A stretch of 64,000 nt of DNA from an uncultured Leptospirales bacterium (GCA_964529965.1 CAZHAD010000001.1:22545-86544); one strand, 5' to 3'. Positions 1 through 11,138 are shown, numbered from the stretch's first letter. Made by a program: numbers and translations. The notes: a model not told the origin generated them from the letters alone.

Positions 1-1
1 G

Positions 2-3000
2 TTGATCCCGGCATTCAAAGCGTTTTTGTTGACCGCAGTCATTGTCTGGTATTCGTCCTTGTTCCTCTTCGATCTGGGGATGCTCGTGTACGGCTTTTCG
101 AAAAATGACTATTTTTATACGCTGCCGGGGCTGGGCAGGGTCATCGAGTCCTATGATTCGCCTTATGCACGCAGGGCAGCGAGGATTTTTCTCAGAAACG
201 GTGAATCGAAATTCGAGGATTTCACATTTGACGGAAGCCCTCCCGCTATGTGGAATAATTACCGGGTAAACAAAAATGCACAGGTTGCGGTCGAGCTCAA
301 TTATGATTCGTATAAGGCCCTCAGGGTCCACGATCAAAGCGGCCTCACGCTGATAGCGGTCAGTCTGGATAAAATACAGGGCCTCGCCAAAACAGACAGG
401 AAACGCTTCAACCGGCTTATGGACATTGTCGTGAATAAGCGTTGGTGGGAGAAGTCGCTTTCATTCATTGACAGGGCGGCCGGTAATTCCCTGAACCTCC
501 TTGATTATACCGATATTCCGGCGAAAAGGATTTTCGAGGGCGTTTCCCATGCAGTCATGGAGAGCCCCGCGCCGCTGTCGTGGATCAGGAGTGTAAATGA
601 AATCTGCGACTGCATTACCCCGTTGTATTACAAGGCAAACTCCATGAAATGGACCGATATCGGTGAAGTCCCGCCGGTGATGATAAGGGCCGTGGTTCTC
701 CGGGAGGACAGGCGCTTCTACAACGATTTTTTTCCGGTCCCGCACCGGGGTAACGACAATCTGGTCATCGTACCTCAAATCGCAAAAAGGCTCGCCCGCG
801 CCTTTCTTGAATACACCAGGAGTGTTGCCGTGCGCTATGGCCTTTCATGGCTTGAGCGCCGATGCCGCCGTACTGAAGAGTGGTTCGGGGCCTCGTTCAG
901 GGATGAGAGCCGCGGGGGAAGCTCCATTTCCAATCAGGTCATGGAGATGCTATACACGAAATACATCATCACCTTGTCGGATGAAGAAAGTTTTACAGAA
1001 AAGCAGGTCGATCAGAAGGAGCACGAGCTTCCTGCATCGCTCGCGGTGGATTGGTTCTGGTCTGAGGAGAATATCCTGGAGGCGTATGTAAACGAGGTGT
1101 ACGGCGGGCACCTCAATTCCGACATTCGGGGGCTCAGATCCGAGGCTGAAATATATTTCATGAAGGAACTCAAAGAGCTTAACCTGCGCGAGCAGATATT
1201 GCTTGTGGCCGCAATCAAGAAACCTTCACGGATCAAGGAATATGCTCAAATGCTCAAGGCGGTCGAATTGAAGTCGCTTCTGGAGAAGAAGGGAACCGGC
1301 AGGGATGCTATCAGCAGATGGGAAAGGGAAAACGCCGAGTACAGGGTCGACCGGAGCAATGTCGGGGTAGTCTTGGCCTCCAGGGAAGGCGCACGGAACT
1401 GGCTCGAGAAGAGGCTCAATGGAATATTGAGACTTTTGTATGAAGACGGGGAGATTTCCAGTGACGAATATCTGAATGCACGATACCGTGAGAAAATCGA
1501 ATTTAATTTTGTCCCCGGAACATCTTCGATCGACAACAGGCTCATCAACAATATTAAGCGTGAGATCGACCGCGAGCTCGGTCCTGACCGGTCTGATTCG
1601 GGCATCGTTGCGGTCGTTACCATAAACATGGAGATGCAACGAAAACTCCAGGGAGTGATCGACCGGCATTCGAAGCGCATCAGGGTTGATCCCGGATACC
1701 TTGTAAACGGCCAGCCCGATACAATCCTTCTGGAAGGAGGCGCAAGGATAGTCCTCGCCAACGAGAAAACCCTGAGCGCGGAGCCGAGGGTCGTCAATAA
1801 AATTCTGGCGGATGTAGGAGGGGCCTCCCGTATTCAGGACGAGTGGGACTGGGTGACCATGGCGAACCGCTCCCTCGGATCGAGCCTGAAGCCGGTTCTC
1901 GACCTATATTTTATTCTCATGGGCTATAATCTGCAGGACGAGTTCAAAAACACCAGGGTGACCTACAAAACCTATTCGCTTGAGCAGAGACGGATTTATC
2001 AAAATTACATTCACAAATTTCCCGGCCGACTGAAGGAGATCGAGAACATCGAGAAATACTGGACATGGTCTCCGAAGAATATCACGAGGCATACCGAAAA
2101 ATGGATAAGTGTAAAAGAGGCGCTGGTGAGGTCGGTCAACAGCGTACATGTCCAAATCCAGGAGTTGGTGACGCCCGGAGTATTTGCACGCCTTCTGAAT
2201 GAGATGATGGGAATCACCGGCCAGGATGGCGAGCACCAGCCCTTTCGCTCGATTATTCTGGGTGGTTCGAATGGAGACCAGAGGTATGATAAATTTTTGC
2301 AGGCCTACTCCATTTTCCCTAACCAGGGCGTTTTAAAACGGCAGACCTTGCTTGAAACGGTGCTCCTCCCGGACGGCATGGTGTTGATGCCCGATTACCG
2401 GCCTATAAGGAGCCCGCTTCTTGAACAATTTGGCGATGAGCGGGTTCAGGCGGCGTGTCTGCTGATCAATTTGGCTCTCAGGGACATTGTCAAGCAGGGA
2501 ACCATGCATCCCATGGACGGGATCGGAGCCGGTAAGACCGGGACTTCTAACGACTTCAGGGATGCGCTCGCCACCGTGCATTTCATCGCCGGCGAGCGCA
2601 CATATATTGCAGGCGTGAGGCTGGGAAACAGGCACAATTATTCACTCGGCGAAGCCGCCGATATGCTCGCGGTCCCCCTGTTGCATGAGATTGTGACCGG
2701 CATATTCGAGCGCTCGAGGATCATGAAGGACGGCGATTTTGATGAATATTTGAAACGGCTTGCAAGCCGTTCCGGAGAAATCGTATCAGCGAACGGCCAA
2801 TACATCTTAAAGGGAAGCGGGCATCGAGTCCGCATGCTGGACGTTCATAATATACAGGAGGAGAAGCGGAAGGAATATCTGAAAACCGCTGATACGAAGT
2901 TTTTCCGGGAGCACTATGCGGAGGCGGCGAGGTATTATGAAATGTTCCTCAAGCTGGCACGGAAATTCGATTCGAATGAACCGGCCTTTGACAGGATGAT

Positions 3001-3286
3001 TCGCTCCTACCTGGAGCTTGGGTATCTGAAACGTGCGCGTCAGCTCATCGAGCGGTTTTCTGCGCCCGGCATGATCGGGAGGATTGCGCGGGCGTACGGG
3101 CGAAAATACAATGTTCGAATTAAAGTCGATAAGGATTTTTACAGCGGCGACAATGAGTATGAAAGAAAAAAAGCTACAATGAAAAAGGGAAGGCATACAA
3201 AAAATAAGGCGCATGAAAGGGTAAAAAAGGAGGGAAAGGCATCATCATGCATACATCTAAGCGGTAATGCTTGTATGCGAGCCTGA
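2..3286 (+). CDS. Class A penicillin-binding protein (GT51 transglycosylase plus transpeptidase) with a C-terminal TPR-like tail. The 5' end may lie at or just before the window edge.
   Basis: N-terminal hydrophobic anchor. GT51 motifs EDRRFY..HRG, GGSSISNQ, ILEAYVNEVYGG and REQILLVAAIKKPS. Transpeptidase SxxK (SSLKP), SxN (SVN) and KTG(T) (GAGKTGTSND). C-terminal helical TPR-like repeats (YAEAARYYEMFLKLAR...). Confidence 0.8.
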   Translation: MIPAFKAFLLTAVIVWYSSLFLFDLGMLVYGFSKNDYFYTLPGLGRVIESYDSPYARRAARIFLRNGESKFEDFTFDGSPPAMWNNYRVNKNAQVAVELNYDSYKALRVHDQSGLTLIAVSLDKIQGLAKTDRKRFNRLMDIVVNKRWWEKSLSFIDRAAGNSLNLLDYTDIPAKRIFEGVSHAVMESPAPLSWIRSVNEICDCITPLYYKANSMKWTDIGEVPPVMIRAVVLREDRRFYNDFFPVPHRGNDNLVIVPQIAKRLARAFLEYTRSVAVRYGLSWLERRCRRTEEWFGASFRDESRGGSSISNQVMEMLYTKYIITLSDEESFTEKQVDQKEHELPASLAVDWFWSEENILEAYVNEVYGGHLNSDIRGLRSEAEIYFMKELKELNLREQILLVAAIKKPSRIKEYAQMLKAVELKSLLEKKGTGRDAISRWERENAEYRVDRSNVGVVLASREGARNWLEKRLNGILRLLYEDGEISSDEYLNARYREKIEFNFVPGTSSIDNRLINNIKREIDRELGPDRSDSGIVAVVTINMEMQRKLQGVIDRHSKRIRVDPGYLVNGQPDTILLEGGARIVLANEKTLSAEPRVVNKILADVGGASRIQDEWDWVTMANRSLGSSLKPVLDLYFILMGYNLQDEFKNTRVTYKTYSLEQRRIYQNYIHKFPGRLKEIENIEKYWTWSPKNITRHTEKWISVKEALVRSVNSVHVQIQELVTPGVFARLLNEMMGITGQDGEHQPFRSIILGGSNGDQRYDKFLQAYSIFPNQGVLKRQTLLETVLLPDGMVLMPDYRPIRSPLLEQFGDERVQAACLLINLALRDIVKQGTMHPMDGIGAGKTGTSNDFRDALATVHFIAGERTYIAGVRLGNRHNYSLGEAADMLAVPLLHEIVTGIFERSRIMKDGDFDEYLKRLASRSGEIVSANGQYILKGSGHRVRMLDVHNIQEEKRKEYLKTADTKFFREHYAEAARYYEMFLKLARKFDSNEPAFDRMIRSYLELGYLKRARQLIERFSAPGMIGRIARAYGRKYNVRIKVDKDFYSGDNEYERKKATMKKGRHTKNKAHERVKKEGKASSCIHLSGNACMRA

Positions 3287-3496
3287 CAATTCTTGAAGTT
3301 GGATGATGAGCAATTACCTTATCCTATGTCACCGAAAAATCCTATACATTAATCAGACGAACTACTACAGGAATATTAACCATCATTCTATTGAAAAAGA
3401 ATAATTAAGGGCTACTTTAAAGATAATGTTACGAATAGTTAAGTGTATCAATTAATCCTCGCATGTTTTTAATACCTCATTCTATACCCCACAACT

Positions 3497-3524
3497 GGGG
3501 AACTCTTAGTTCCCCTTTTTTTTT
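3497..3524 (+). terminator. Rho-independent terminator after the PBP gene
   Basis: Hairpin GGGGAACT-ctt-AGTTCCCC followed directly by a run of nine T. Confidence 0.6.
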
Positions 3525-3866
3525 ACGTAAAAACAAAAAAAGGAATAAAGGCTCAGTTTGGTTAAAGAGCCCTTATTCCCTAAATGATTTTGGAGGGTAT
3601 TTAATTAGTTAATATGATAATAGATTTTGGGGATTGTTACAAAAAAAATTAAAATAGCTCCCACCGCGGGTGATAAAAAAAGTAATTTTTATATTGAATT
3701 TATACATTTAAATTGGCAAATTTGTATATGGTAAAATCCACCAAGCTGGTTTTCAAAGATAAAAAAAGAACAATTCACCTATTCCTAACGAGCAAGGGCC
3801 CTGAAATGCGATTTTCTGAGATTCCTGATGCAATGATATAATAAATTTAATATTGACGAGGAATAT

Positions 3867-4790
3867 ATGAAAGATCTCATCATCATCGGTGCCGGGCCGG
3901 CGGGAATGACTGCCGCCATTTATGGCATCAGGGCGGGGCTTGATCTGATTTTAATCGAGCGGTTGTCGCCGGGCGGGCAGGTCGTGAACACCTATGAGGT
4001 CGAAAATTATCCGGGATTCGTCGACCCGATCCGTGGCTGGGACCTCGTTTCCAATATGGAAAAGCAGGCGCGGAGGCTCGGGGTCGAGATAAAGTCCGGC
4101 GAAGTCGTTTCGGTACGGAAAAAAAGCGAAAACGGCGCATTTTCGGTTCAGCTTGAAGACGACGGGGTGCTTGAAGCGAAGTCGGTCATTGCCGCTGCAG
4201 GAGCCACATACAGGAAGCTCGATGTACCGGGAGTGGAAGAGTTCGTCGGAAAGGGCATCTCCTTCTGTGCGACCTGCGATGGGGCGTTTTTTAAGGACAG
4301 GATCATCGCGGTGATCGGCGGGGGGAATTCCGCGCTTGAGGAGGTGCATTTTTTGACGAAGTTCGCGAAAAAGATATACCTCATCCACCGGAGGGACCGT
4401 CTCAGGGCGGATAAAATTCTTCAAGACCGAATTTTTTCAAGCGGTAAGATCGAACAGTATATGGATTCCGTGGTCGAGTCCATTTCGGGAAACGGGTCGG
4501 TGGAGATGCTTAGTTTGAAGAACCTGAAAACGGGGAAGACGGCCGCTCTCGATGTGAACGGAGTATTCATACTTATCGGATTTGACGCAAACATCGATTT
4601 TCTGCCCGATGCGGTCATCAGCGAAGAGAGGGAGGTCATCGTCGACATGAGCATGAAAACGCCCCTGCCCGGGTTGTTTGCAGCGGGAGACATACGCAGC
4701 GGTTCGAAAAGGCAGATTGTCATGGCTGCGTCCGACGGCGCAACCGCCGCCATGGAGGCCAATGAATATATTGCAGGTTTGAAGCAATAA
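3867..4790 (+). CDS. trxB: Thioredoxin-disulfide reductase
   Basis: N-terminal FAD motif IIGAGPAGMTAA, redox-active CATCDG motif, second Rossmann motif VIGGGNSALEE. RBS gaggaa upstream of the ATG. Confidence 0.92.
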   Translation: MKDLIIIGAGPAGMTAAIYGIRAGLDLILIERLSPGGQVVNTYEVENYPGFVDPIRGWDLVSNMEKQARRLGVEIKSGEVVSVRKKSENGAFSVQLEDDGVLEAKSVIAAAGATYRKLDVPGVEEFVGKGISFCATCDGAFFKDRIIAVIGGGNSALEEVHFLTKFAKKIYLIHRRDRLRADKILQDRIFSSGKIEQYMDSVVESISGNGSVEMLSLKNLKTGKTAALDVNGVFILIGFDANIDFLPDAVISEEREVIVDMSMKTPLPGLFAAGDIRSGSKRQIVMAASDGATAAMEANEYIAGLKQ

Positions 4791-4877
4791 TTTATCCCGC
4801 TTATCATTATAAGCGGCTTCCAAGCCGGTTGATGCACAGATATATTCACTTACTACAAGGATCACAGGAGTAATGCG

Positions 4878-5321
4878 ATGTTGAAGAAGATTTGCATAAT
4901 TGTACCGGCGGCCATTTTAATAACCTGCCTGGGCTGCAAGCCGGCGGGGAGGTACGCCGATCTCAAGGAATATCTCAACGAGTCCATCATGGCGGAGAAG
5001 GAATACATATCCGATCTCGCAAAGGCCAACAGCGCGAAAGAGGTTGCCGAGGCGATTACCGATTGGGGGAACAAAATGGAAAAGCTTGCCCCTCGGGCTG
5101 AAAAGCTCAAGAAGAAATATTCGGAGCTTCATGAGTTTAAGACCATGGACAGGAAGAGCCTCCCGCCTGAGTTGAGGGAGGAATTCGAAACGATCGACAA
5201 ATTGAGCCAGAACCTTCTCACCGTTTCCATGAAAAAGATGAAATTTATGATGGACACCGAGGTGATGAGAGCGACCCAGGATATGATGGAAAAGGCCGGG
5301 AAAGCCAGCCTGTTTAAATGA
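4878..5321 (+). CDS. Hypothetical lipoprotein
   Basis: Signal peptide ending in LITCLGC (lipobox-like Cys), then a charged, helical body. Confidence 0.5.
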   Translation: MLKKICIIVPAAILITCLGCKPAGRYADLKEYLNESIMAEKEYISDLAKANSAKEVAEAITDWGNKMEKLAPRAEKLKKKYSELHEFKTMDRKSLPPELREEFETIDKLSQNLLTVSMKKMKFMMDTEVMRATQDMMEKAGKASLFK

Positions 5322-5382
5322 AGCCCGGACAAGGAAATGGCCGCTCCCGCTTTTTGCATTGGGTCGGCACCGTTAAACCTTC

Positions 5383-6192
5383 CTATCTGAAGTTTTTGAG
5401 AAAGAATTTTTCAAGTGCTTCCCACAGCATCTTTTTGAGATGATTGATCCTCAGCTCGTCCACGCGAAGGTAATCCGGATTGAAATAGGTATCGTTCAGA
5501 AAGAGCGAGCGTGATATGGATACACGGATCAACGGGATTCCTCCCTTTCCATACGTGCGTAAGATATAGCCCTCGGATGGACCTTCCCTGACCGCATATT
5601 TTTGCGCGATGGTGCCTTCTTCCTTATTAAGGGATTTTTCAAGATATTCGAGCAGGCTGTAGGTAATATCCTCGCCGCACGTATATACCACCGAGCCGTC
5701 CCGCCGGGTCATGTGTTCCAGCAGAACGAGCGGACGCGGTTTCCCAGGGTCATCCGACAGCTTCGGTCCCACCGCCATCAGAGTATGGCACTCAAGAATG
5801 AGTTCAACCCCGCCGGCTTCGATTGATTTTTTTATTGCATCGTGAAAGGGGAAATAATACCGCTTGAGCATGTTCGCAATCGCGATTTCATCAGGGAACA
5901 CCCCGTCATTGTATATGGGCCTGCTATCGAGGGTGGTTTTTTTTATCACACCGTTTCCTGCCCCCGCCAGTTCCGTGTACGGCCTGTCCACGTCAATAAA
6001 AAGACGCGCAATGTCGGTTTTTATCATGCCAGATACGGCAGTGTCGAAATAAAAAAGGTCATTGGCGCAGGCATCCGATTGAATGAAAAGATCGAATTCA
6101 TTCAGCGTTTCATACTCTGCCAGTTCATCTGGCACCTGCACGCCGCCGTGCGGTATAATCACGAGTATCGGAAGTGAAGCTTTTTTTTTCAA
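5383..6192 (-). CDS. N-formylglutamate amidohydrolase (FGase) family protein
   Basis: IPHGGVQVP N-terminal motif and LFIDVDRP motif resemble PF05013 FGase signatures. About 270 aa is typical of the family. Confidence 0.45.
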   Translation of the reverse strand: MKKKASLPILVIIPHGGVQVPDELAEYETLNEFDLFIQSDACANDLFYFDTAVSGMIKTDIARLFIDVDRPYTELAGAGNGVIKKTTLDSRPIYNDGVFPDEIAIANMLKRYYFPFHDAIKKSIEAGGVELILECHTLMAVGPKLSDDPGKPRPLVLLEHMTRRDGSVVYTCGEDITYSLLEYLEKSLNKEEGTIAQKYAVREGPSEGYILRTYGKGGIPLIRVSISRSLFLNDTYFNPDYLRVDELRINHLKKMLWEALEKFFLKNFR

Positions 6193-6343
6193 TGCGCGGT
6201 TTATTTTCGGGCAACAACGAACCTGCTTCCGGCCCTGGGCGGAATCTTTTTAATCTTCGTCTTTATTAATCACCTATGAAGTTTCACATCCCCGCAGTGC
6301 AGCTCATGCAAAGATTTGTTTTTGCACTATTAGCGTACTCCCG

Positions 6344-6646
6344 TTATCGGGGCTGCTTTTTTTTGAATTTCGACAGGGCCTTGTTGAACGATTCGGAAAG
6401 TTCGCCGATCGCCCTGTCTGTTCCTTTTTTAAGCTCTCCCCAGCTTTCCTCGCTCGCGTTCCTGAGCTCCGCCAGTTTCCCCTCGGCAGTCTTTTTTCTG
6501 GCTTTCAGATCCTCGGCTGTTTTCTGGTATTCAGCTTTCACACTCGATGCGGTCTCATTCCCCTTTTGCTTAAGGCTGTTGATTTTACCATCCAATTCGA
6601 CGAGCTTATTGGCCATTTTTTTCAGATAAGATTTTTTATCATCCAT
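6344..6646 (-). CDS. Small coiled-coil hypothetical protein. The internal ATG was chosen because of its strong RBS.
   Basis: GGAGGA sits 6 nt before the second ATG. The product is K/E-rich with heptad periodicity and has no recognisable family motif. Confidence 0.45.
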   Translation of the reverse strand: MDDKKSYLKKMANKLVELDGKINSLKQKGNETASSVKAEYQKTAEDLKARKKTAEGKLAELRNASEESWGELKKGTDRAIGELSESFNKALSKFKKKQPR

Positions 6647-6852
6647 ATTAGTTCCTCCGTCATTCATAATTTTCTCACAAAAACCCTTGTTCTATATCGA
6701 CGTCATAATAAAATTTTTTGCGTATCGCTATATCCACACGAAACCGCATATTACCCAATTCCCCCCTATCATGTATTATCATTGATGTTATATGCATGTG
6801 AAATGACAACTGCGGCTTGTTAATTAATAATAACAATAATGAAGGGGAATGT

Positions 6853-7836
6853 CTATAAAAAAAATCGTCCCATCTGGACCACGGCGCGGCGGTAGGTTTC
6901 CTCTACTGAGCGCTTCGATTTATAACCGGCCGCGTTCCTGTGTCCTCCTCCCCCGTTCTCGATCGCGATGCTGCTGACGTCGAGATCTCCTTTCGTTCTC
7001 ATGCTCACCTTGACCGGACCGCCTATGTCCTGTTTTATGAGAAGGCTCGCCACGACACCCTTGACGCTGAGGGGGATATTGATCGCCGGCTCGCCCTCGG
7101 TAAAGGATGCGCCGGTTTCCCTGAGCATTTCGGGCGTGAGCTTCATGGCTATCAGCTTCCCTCCGTACAACACCTCTATGGTGGAGAGTATGCGCCCTCG
7201 AAGCTCGAAGCTTGAGAGCGCGTTCTGCTCGTATATCTGCTCATGGATAAAGAAGGGGATGACCCCTTGATCGACAAGATGCGCCGCTATGTCAAACGTC
7301 GTGGATGAGGTTTTCGGGTACACGAATGATCCGGTATCGAATACGATTCCGGCGAAAAGCGCCTGTGCGGACCTGAGTGTAACGGGCTTTTTATAGTGAC
7401 GGATGATCTGATACATGATCTCGCAAACCGATGATGCCTCCGCCCTTATAATGTTGGGACCAGCCTTTCCCGCGTCGCCCTCGTGGTGATCGATTATGAA
7501 ATAATCCCGCACCCTGTTTTTCAAAATCTTTGAGAGCGCGCCTATATTGTCATAGTCGTTGGTGTCCAGAACGAATTGGGAATACGTTTCGATATCATCC
7601 GGAAGGGTATATGAGCCGTCAAAGACGTTGATGTCGTGCTCAAGGTCGAGGAAGAGAAACGTATCCGGCGTTTGGTCAGAGTTTATAATGAGAGGCTTTT
7701 TACCGAGGCTTTTCAGGAGCTCAAACAGGGCGATCTCGCTGCCGAGACCGTCCCAATCAGGGCTCTCATGGGTCGTTATGATGAATTTATCATTGCCGGA
7801 AAGAAATCTATCAATATTGACGAAATCTTCTTCCAT
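6853..7836 (-). CDS. nrnA: DHH-family phosphoesterase, bifunctional oligoribonuclease/pAp phosphatase NrnA-like
   Basis: DHH motif (IIDHHEGD) and DHHA1 GGGH motif (ENGGGGHRNAAG). The start ATG overlaps the glyQ stop (TAATG). Confidence 0.8.
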   Translation of the reverse strand: MEEDFVNIDRFLSGNDKFIITTHESPDWDGLGSEIALFELLKSLGKKPLIINSDQTPDTFLFLDLEHDINVFDGSYTLPDDIETYSQFVLDTNDYDNIGALSKILKNRVRDYFIIDHHEGDAGKAGPNIIRAEASSVCEIMYQIIRHYKKPVTLRSAQALFAGIVFDTGSFVYPKTSSTTFDIAAHLVDQGVIPFFIHEQIYEQNALSSFELRGRILSTIEVLYGGKLIAMKLTPEMLRETGASFTEGEPAINIPLSVKGVVASLLIKQDIGGPVKVSMRTKGDLDVSSIAIENGGGGHRNAAGYKSKRSVEETYRRAVVQMGRFFL

Positions 7837-8753
7837 TAAACGACCTTGATTGCTGTACCTTTACAAAGCGGGAACCCCATCTCTTCCCGGATCGCTATAT
7901 ACTGCTCGGCGCACCGCCGGGCGATGTTTCTTACCCGGGAAATGTACCCGACACGCTCGGTTACGGAAATGGCCCCCCTCGCATCGAGCATATTAAACAC
8001 GTGGGAGCATTTTAATACATAATCATATGCGGGCAGCACTGTTTTTACCGTGGGGAAGGAGAGTATCGCCAGGCACTCTTTTTCATAAAGATCGAAAAGC
8101 TTAAAATGCAGGTCGATATCGCATATATTGAAATTGTAATGAGAGAATTCATACTCCCCCTGGCGATGAACATCGCGATAGGTGATGTCTTTGTTCCACT
8201 GGATATCGAACACGCTGTCCTTGCCCTGGATGTACATGCATATCCGCTCGATTCCGTAGGTCAGCTCCACGGAGACAGGGGACAGCTCGAGGCTCCCGCA
8301 CTGCTGGAAATAGGTGAACTGGGTGATTTCCATTCCGTCAAGCCACACCTCCCAACCGAGTCCGGCTGCGCCGAGTGTCGGAGATTCCCAATCGTCCTCC
8401 ACAAAACGGACGTCATGTTCTTCCAGCCTGATTCCGAGATAGCGCAGGGAATCGAGATATTGGTCCTGCACACCTGCAGGAGGGGGCTTGAGTATTACCT
8501 GGTACTGGTAATAGTGCTGGAGGCGGTTCGGATTATCGCCGTACCTTCCATCGGTAGGCCTTCGTGAGGGCTCCACGTAGGCCGCCTTCCAGGGCTCGGG
8601 CCCGAGCACCCTGAGAAAGGTGGCAGGGTTGAATGTCCCCGCACCTACCTCGAGGTCATATCCCTGTAGTATGAGGCATCCCTGGTTCGCCCAGTATTCA
8701 TTAAGCTTGGCTATCAGGTCCTGAAAGTACATTGCATGTCCCACCATATCCAT
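7836..8753 (-). CDS. glyQ: Glycine--tRNA ligase alpha subunit
   Basis: Near-canonical GlyQ N-terminus: [31 protein letters not shown] and [25 protein letters not shown]. Confidence 0.92.
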   Translation of the reverse strand: MDMVGHAMYFQDLIAKLNEYWANQGCLILQGYDLEVGAGTFNPATFLRVLGPEPWKAAYVEPSRRPTDGRYGDNPNRLQHYYQYQVILKPPPAGVQDQYLDSLRYLGIRLEEHDVRFVEDDWESPTLGAAGLGWEVWLDGMEITQFTYFQQCGSLELSPVSVELTYGIERICMYIQGKDSVFDIQWNKDITYRDVHRQGEYEFSHYNFNICDIDLHFKLFDLYEKECLAILSFPTVKTVLPAYDYVLKCSHVFNMLDARGAISVTERVGYISRVRNIARRCAEQYIAIREEMGFPLCKGTAIKVV

Positions 8754-9144
8754 TTACATAATCCCCTTCGCTCCCGCCATAAGAAACTAAAAAATCCGGC
8801 CCTTTTCCGGGATTGAAGGGGGAATACCGCATATTACCGCTTACCGTGCTCACTTATCCTGGTAAGAAAAGTGGCCGTGAGAATGCGGCCTGCCTTCCCT
8901 CCCGGGATATTGGAGCGCGGAAGGTGTTTCCGGATAGGTTCAGATAGCCGACAAAACGGCACGATTCGTCCTACGCTGCCTCCGAAGGAGGGAACGAGCG
9001 GCGCAGCGATACCGTGTATTTTGAGATGGGTGATTTATCTTTCTCCTTGTACGAATGCAGAAAATCTTTCAGAAAATGATTTTCGTCAAGTAATTAATTT
9101 ATTCAGTCGCATGCCGATAACAATGCGGGCCGCTTCTCATTAGG

Positions 9145-10650
9145 TTATCCGTTGATGTCCTGCTCATACGCCTCGCGGAGGGTTTTGTGAAGGAGCTCGA
9201 GCGATTGTTTTCCCGAAATATTGAAGTAGTCGGTAACATCCTCGTCGATCAGTTCATAGCGGAACCTTCCCTTGTCTATTTCAACCATGCAGTCCGCGAG
9301 ATATACAATGTAGATGAGCTGTTTCAAATTTTTCGGGGCCATATGCGGACGCTGGTGGTATTCTATCGTCTTGATCAGGGAATCGTTGAAGCTCCATTTC
9401 TTTAGGATCATTCCGCCCAGGGTGCTGTGGGACAGCCCGAGGCTGATCTCTTCGATCAGATCGGAATTCTTTATTCCCTTGAATCCTGCGATTTCCTGGA
9501 GTCTTTTGAAGAGCTTCGGCCTCATGGTGAGCATTACGATATATCCAATATCGGCGAGGAGAGCCGCCAGATAGGTGAAGTGGCTCATCTTGGCGCTGTC
9601 GAGCTGCATTGCGATTTTTTGCGCGTATGATGCCCGCTTGTATGAATCCATCCAGACCGACTCGGAGCGTTTGTAACGCTGGTCGATCACTTTCCGCACT
9701 CCGGTGGCGAGAAGGAGGGCGTTAATCCCCTTAATACCGATGATCTTGACCGCATCATCGATGGTCGCGGTTCTTTTGAGGGTGATATAGCCCGCCGAGT
9801 TTGCAAGCTTGAGCAATGACGTGGTGAGCCCGGGATCAAGCGAAATGGCACGGGAGATTTCACGGATCGTGGCATCGGGATTCGTACAGAGCTTCTGTAT
9901 CCTTATAATGTTTTCCGGGAATGCGGGTATCTCTTCTATCTCCTTGAGGATCTCTTCGGCGATTTTTGCCTGGGATTTGACTTTTTCCATGGTTTGAGGA
10001 ATAGCGATCGCCGCTATGGTGAGTTTGTTTTTCCGGTACACCCTGAAATTTTTAGGAGGCATCCCCATGTTTTTATATATCATCATCGCCATGATGAGTC
10101 CGAGTCCGGCACCCTCGGAATCATCGAGCACCTCTTCAAAGGCTTCGGAAATGTCTTTATATTTATATGCCTTTTTGATCCGGGCGTTTATCTTGGATAG
10201 CTCCTGGCCCAGAATGGGGACATTGTTAATGATGTTTATGAAAAGGTGATCATCAGCGGACTTGAAGGATATCCGGACAACCAGATTCGATTTTTCAAGC
10301 TGATCGAAGTAATCCGCCTTAAGAGAATTATATATCTCATGCTTGAATAGTTCCATTCCGGTGCGGTAATCATCGATTTTGTCTATATCTATATCCCTGC
10401 GTTTGAAAAAGATCCTTTTCATATTCGCCTTGACTGCGTTATTGGCGAGCTCCTTGACGATTGTGGTGATCTCGTTTTTTATATAATTCAGGTCATAATG
10501 CCCAAGATAACGATGGATGCTTTTTAAAATCGCCCCCTCCACTTCCGGGGTAAAGGTGTGGAACTGAATGTAGAAATCTCCTTCTCTTGCAATGGCTTTT
10601 TTATAGTCCGGCGGGTGTATGGTGTAGCTTTTGTTATCCTTGACCAACAA
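9145..10650 (-). CDS. Signalling protein: N-terminal GHKL (HATPase_c-like, RsbW/SpoIIAB-type) domain fused to a C-terminal HDOD domain
   Basis: N-box-like ELANNAVKA and G-box-like DDSEGAGLGL in the first ~200 aa. The C-terminal half has HDOD hallmarks (IKGINALLLATGV, LLADIGYIVM). Confidence 0.55.
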   Translation of the reverse strand: MLVKDNKSYTIHPPDYKKAIAREGDFYIQFHTFTPEVEGAILKSIHRYLGHYDLNYIKNEITTIVKELANNAVKANMKRIFFKRRDIDIDKIDDYRTGMELFKHEIYNSLKADYFDQLEKSNLVVRISFKSADDHLFINIINNVPILGQELSKINARIKKAYKYKDISEAFEEVLDDSEGAGLGLIMAMMIYKNMGMPPKNFRVYRKNKLTIAAIAIPQTMEKVKSQAKIAEEILKEIEEIPAFPENIIRIQKLCTNPDATIREISRAISLDPGLTTSLLKLANSAGYITLKRTATIDDAVKIIGIKGINALLLATGVRKVIDQRYKRSESVWMDSYKRASYAQKIAMQLDSAKMSHFTYLAALLADIGYIVMLTMRPKLFKRLQEIAGFKGIKNSDLIEEISLGLSHSTLGGMILKKWSFNDSLIKTIEYHQRPHMAPKNLKQLIYIVYLADCMVEIDKGRFRYELIDEDVTDYFNISGKQSLELLHKTLREAYEQDING

Positions 10651-11138
10651 ATCAGGATGCTCCTTACCGTGATTTTTTTATCCACTCATTTTCTGAGATT
10701 TTATTTTTGCATCACGTAACCTAACAATAAAAATTATCAAGTTTTTATTTAGGTCGATTTTAAATAAAAAAATTTTTTTGTATACTTTTTTGAATCCATG
10801 ACCGGGAAAACCGCACGGCTTATTTAATACAATCCAAGAAAAGTTTTACAAGCTTCATAATAATATTTAAAATAACTCTAAAAATTAGCAAGTATTTTGT
10901 ATAATTATAAAAGGTTAATTTGGGGGTGAAATTCTGGAGAATAAATTCTTAATGGGATTGACAATAAAGATATTCAACCGATTTTGGAAAGGGGTCATTG
11001 TGTGACAATAGGGGAATTTTTTCATCTTGACAAATATCTGATGGGATAAATTCAATAAAAACGGGTGTATATTAATCCCTGCGGCGTTCTGCGCATAATG
11101 GAATTATGATTGCATCTTCGCAAGGCAGGGGGGGGTGA

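Noticed and set aside
8871-9143. 90-aa plus-strand ORF in the glyQ upstream region, and faint resemblance of CCGAAGGAGGGAAC to a glycine-riboswitch core
   Set aside because: The ORF is Arg/Pro-rich with no RBS. The riboswitch-like stretch is on the strand with no downstream gene to regulate. The other glycine-riboswitch and T-box conserved blocks are absent.
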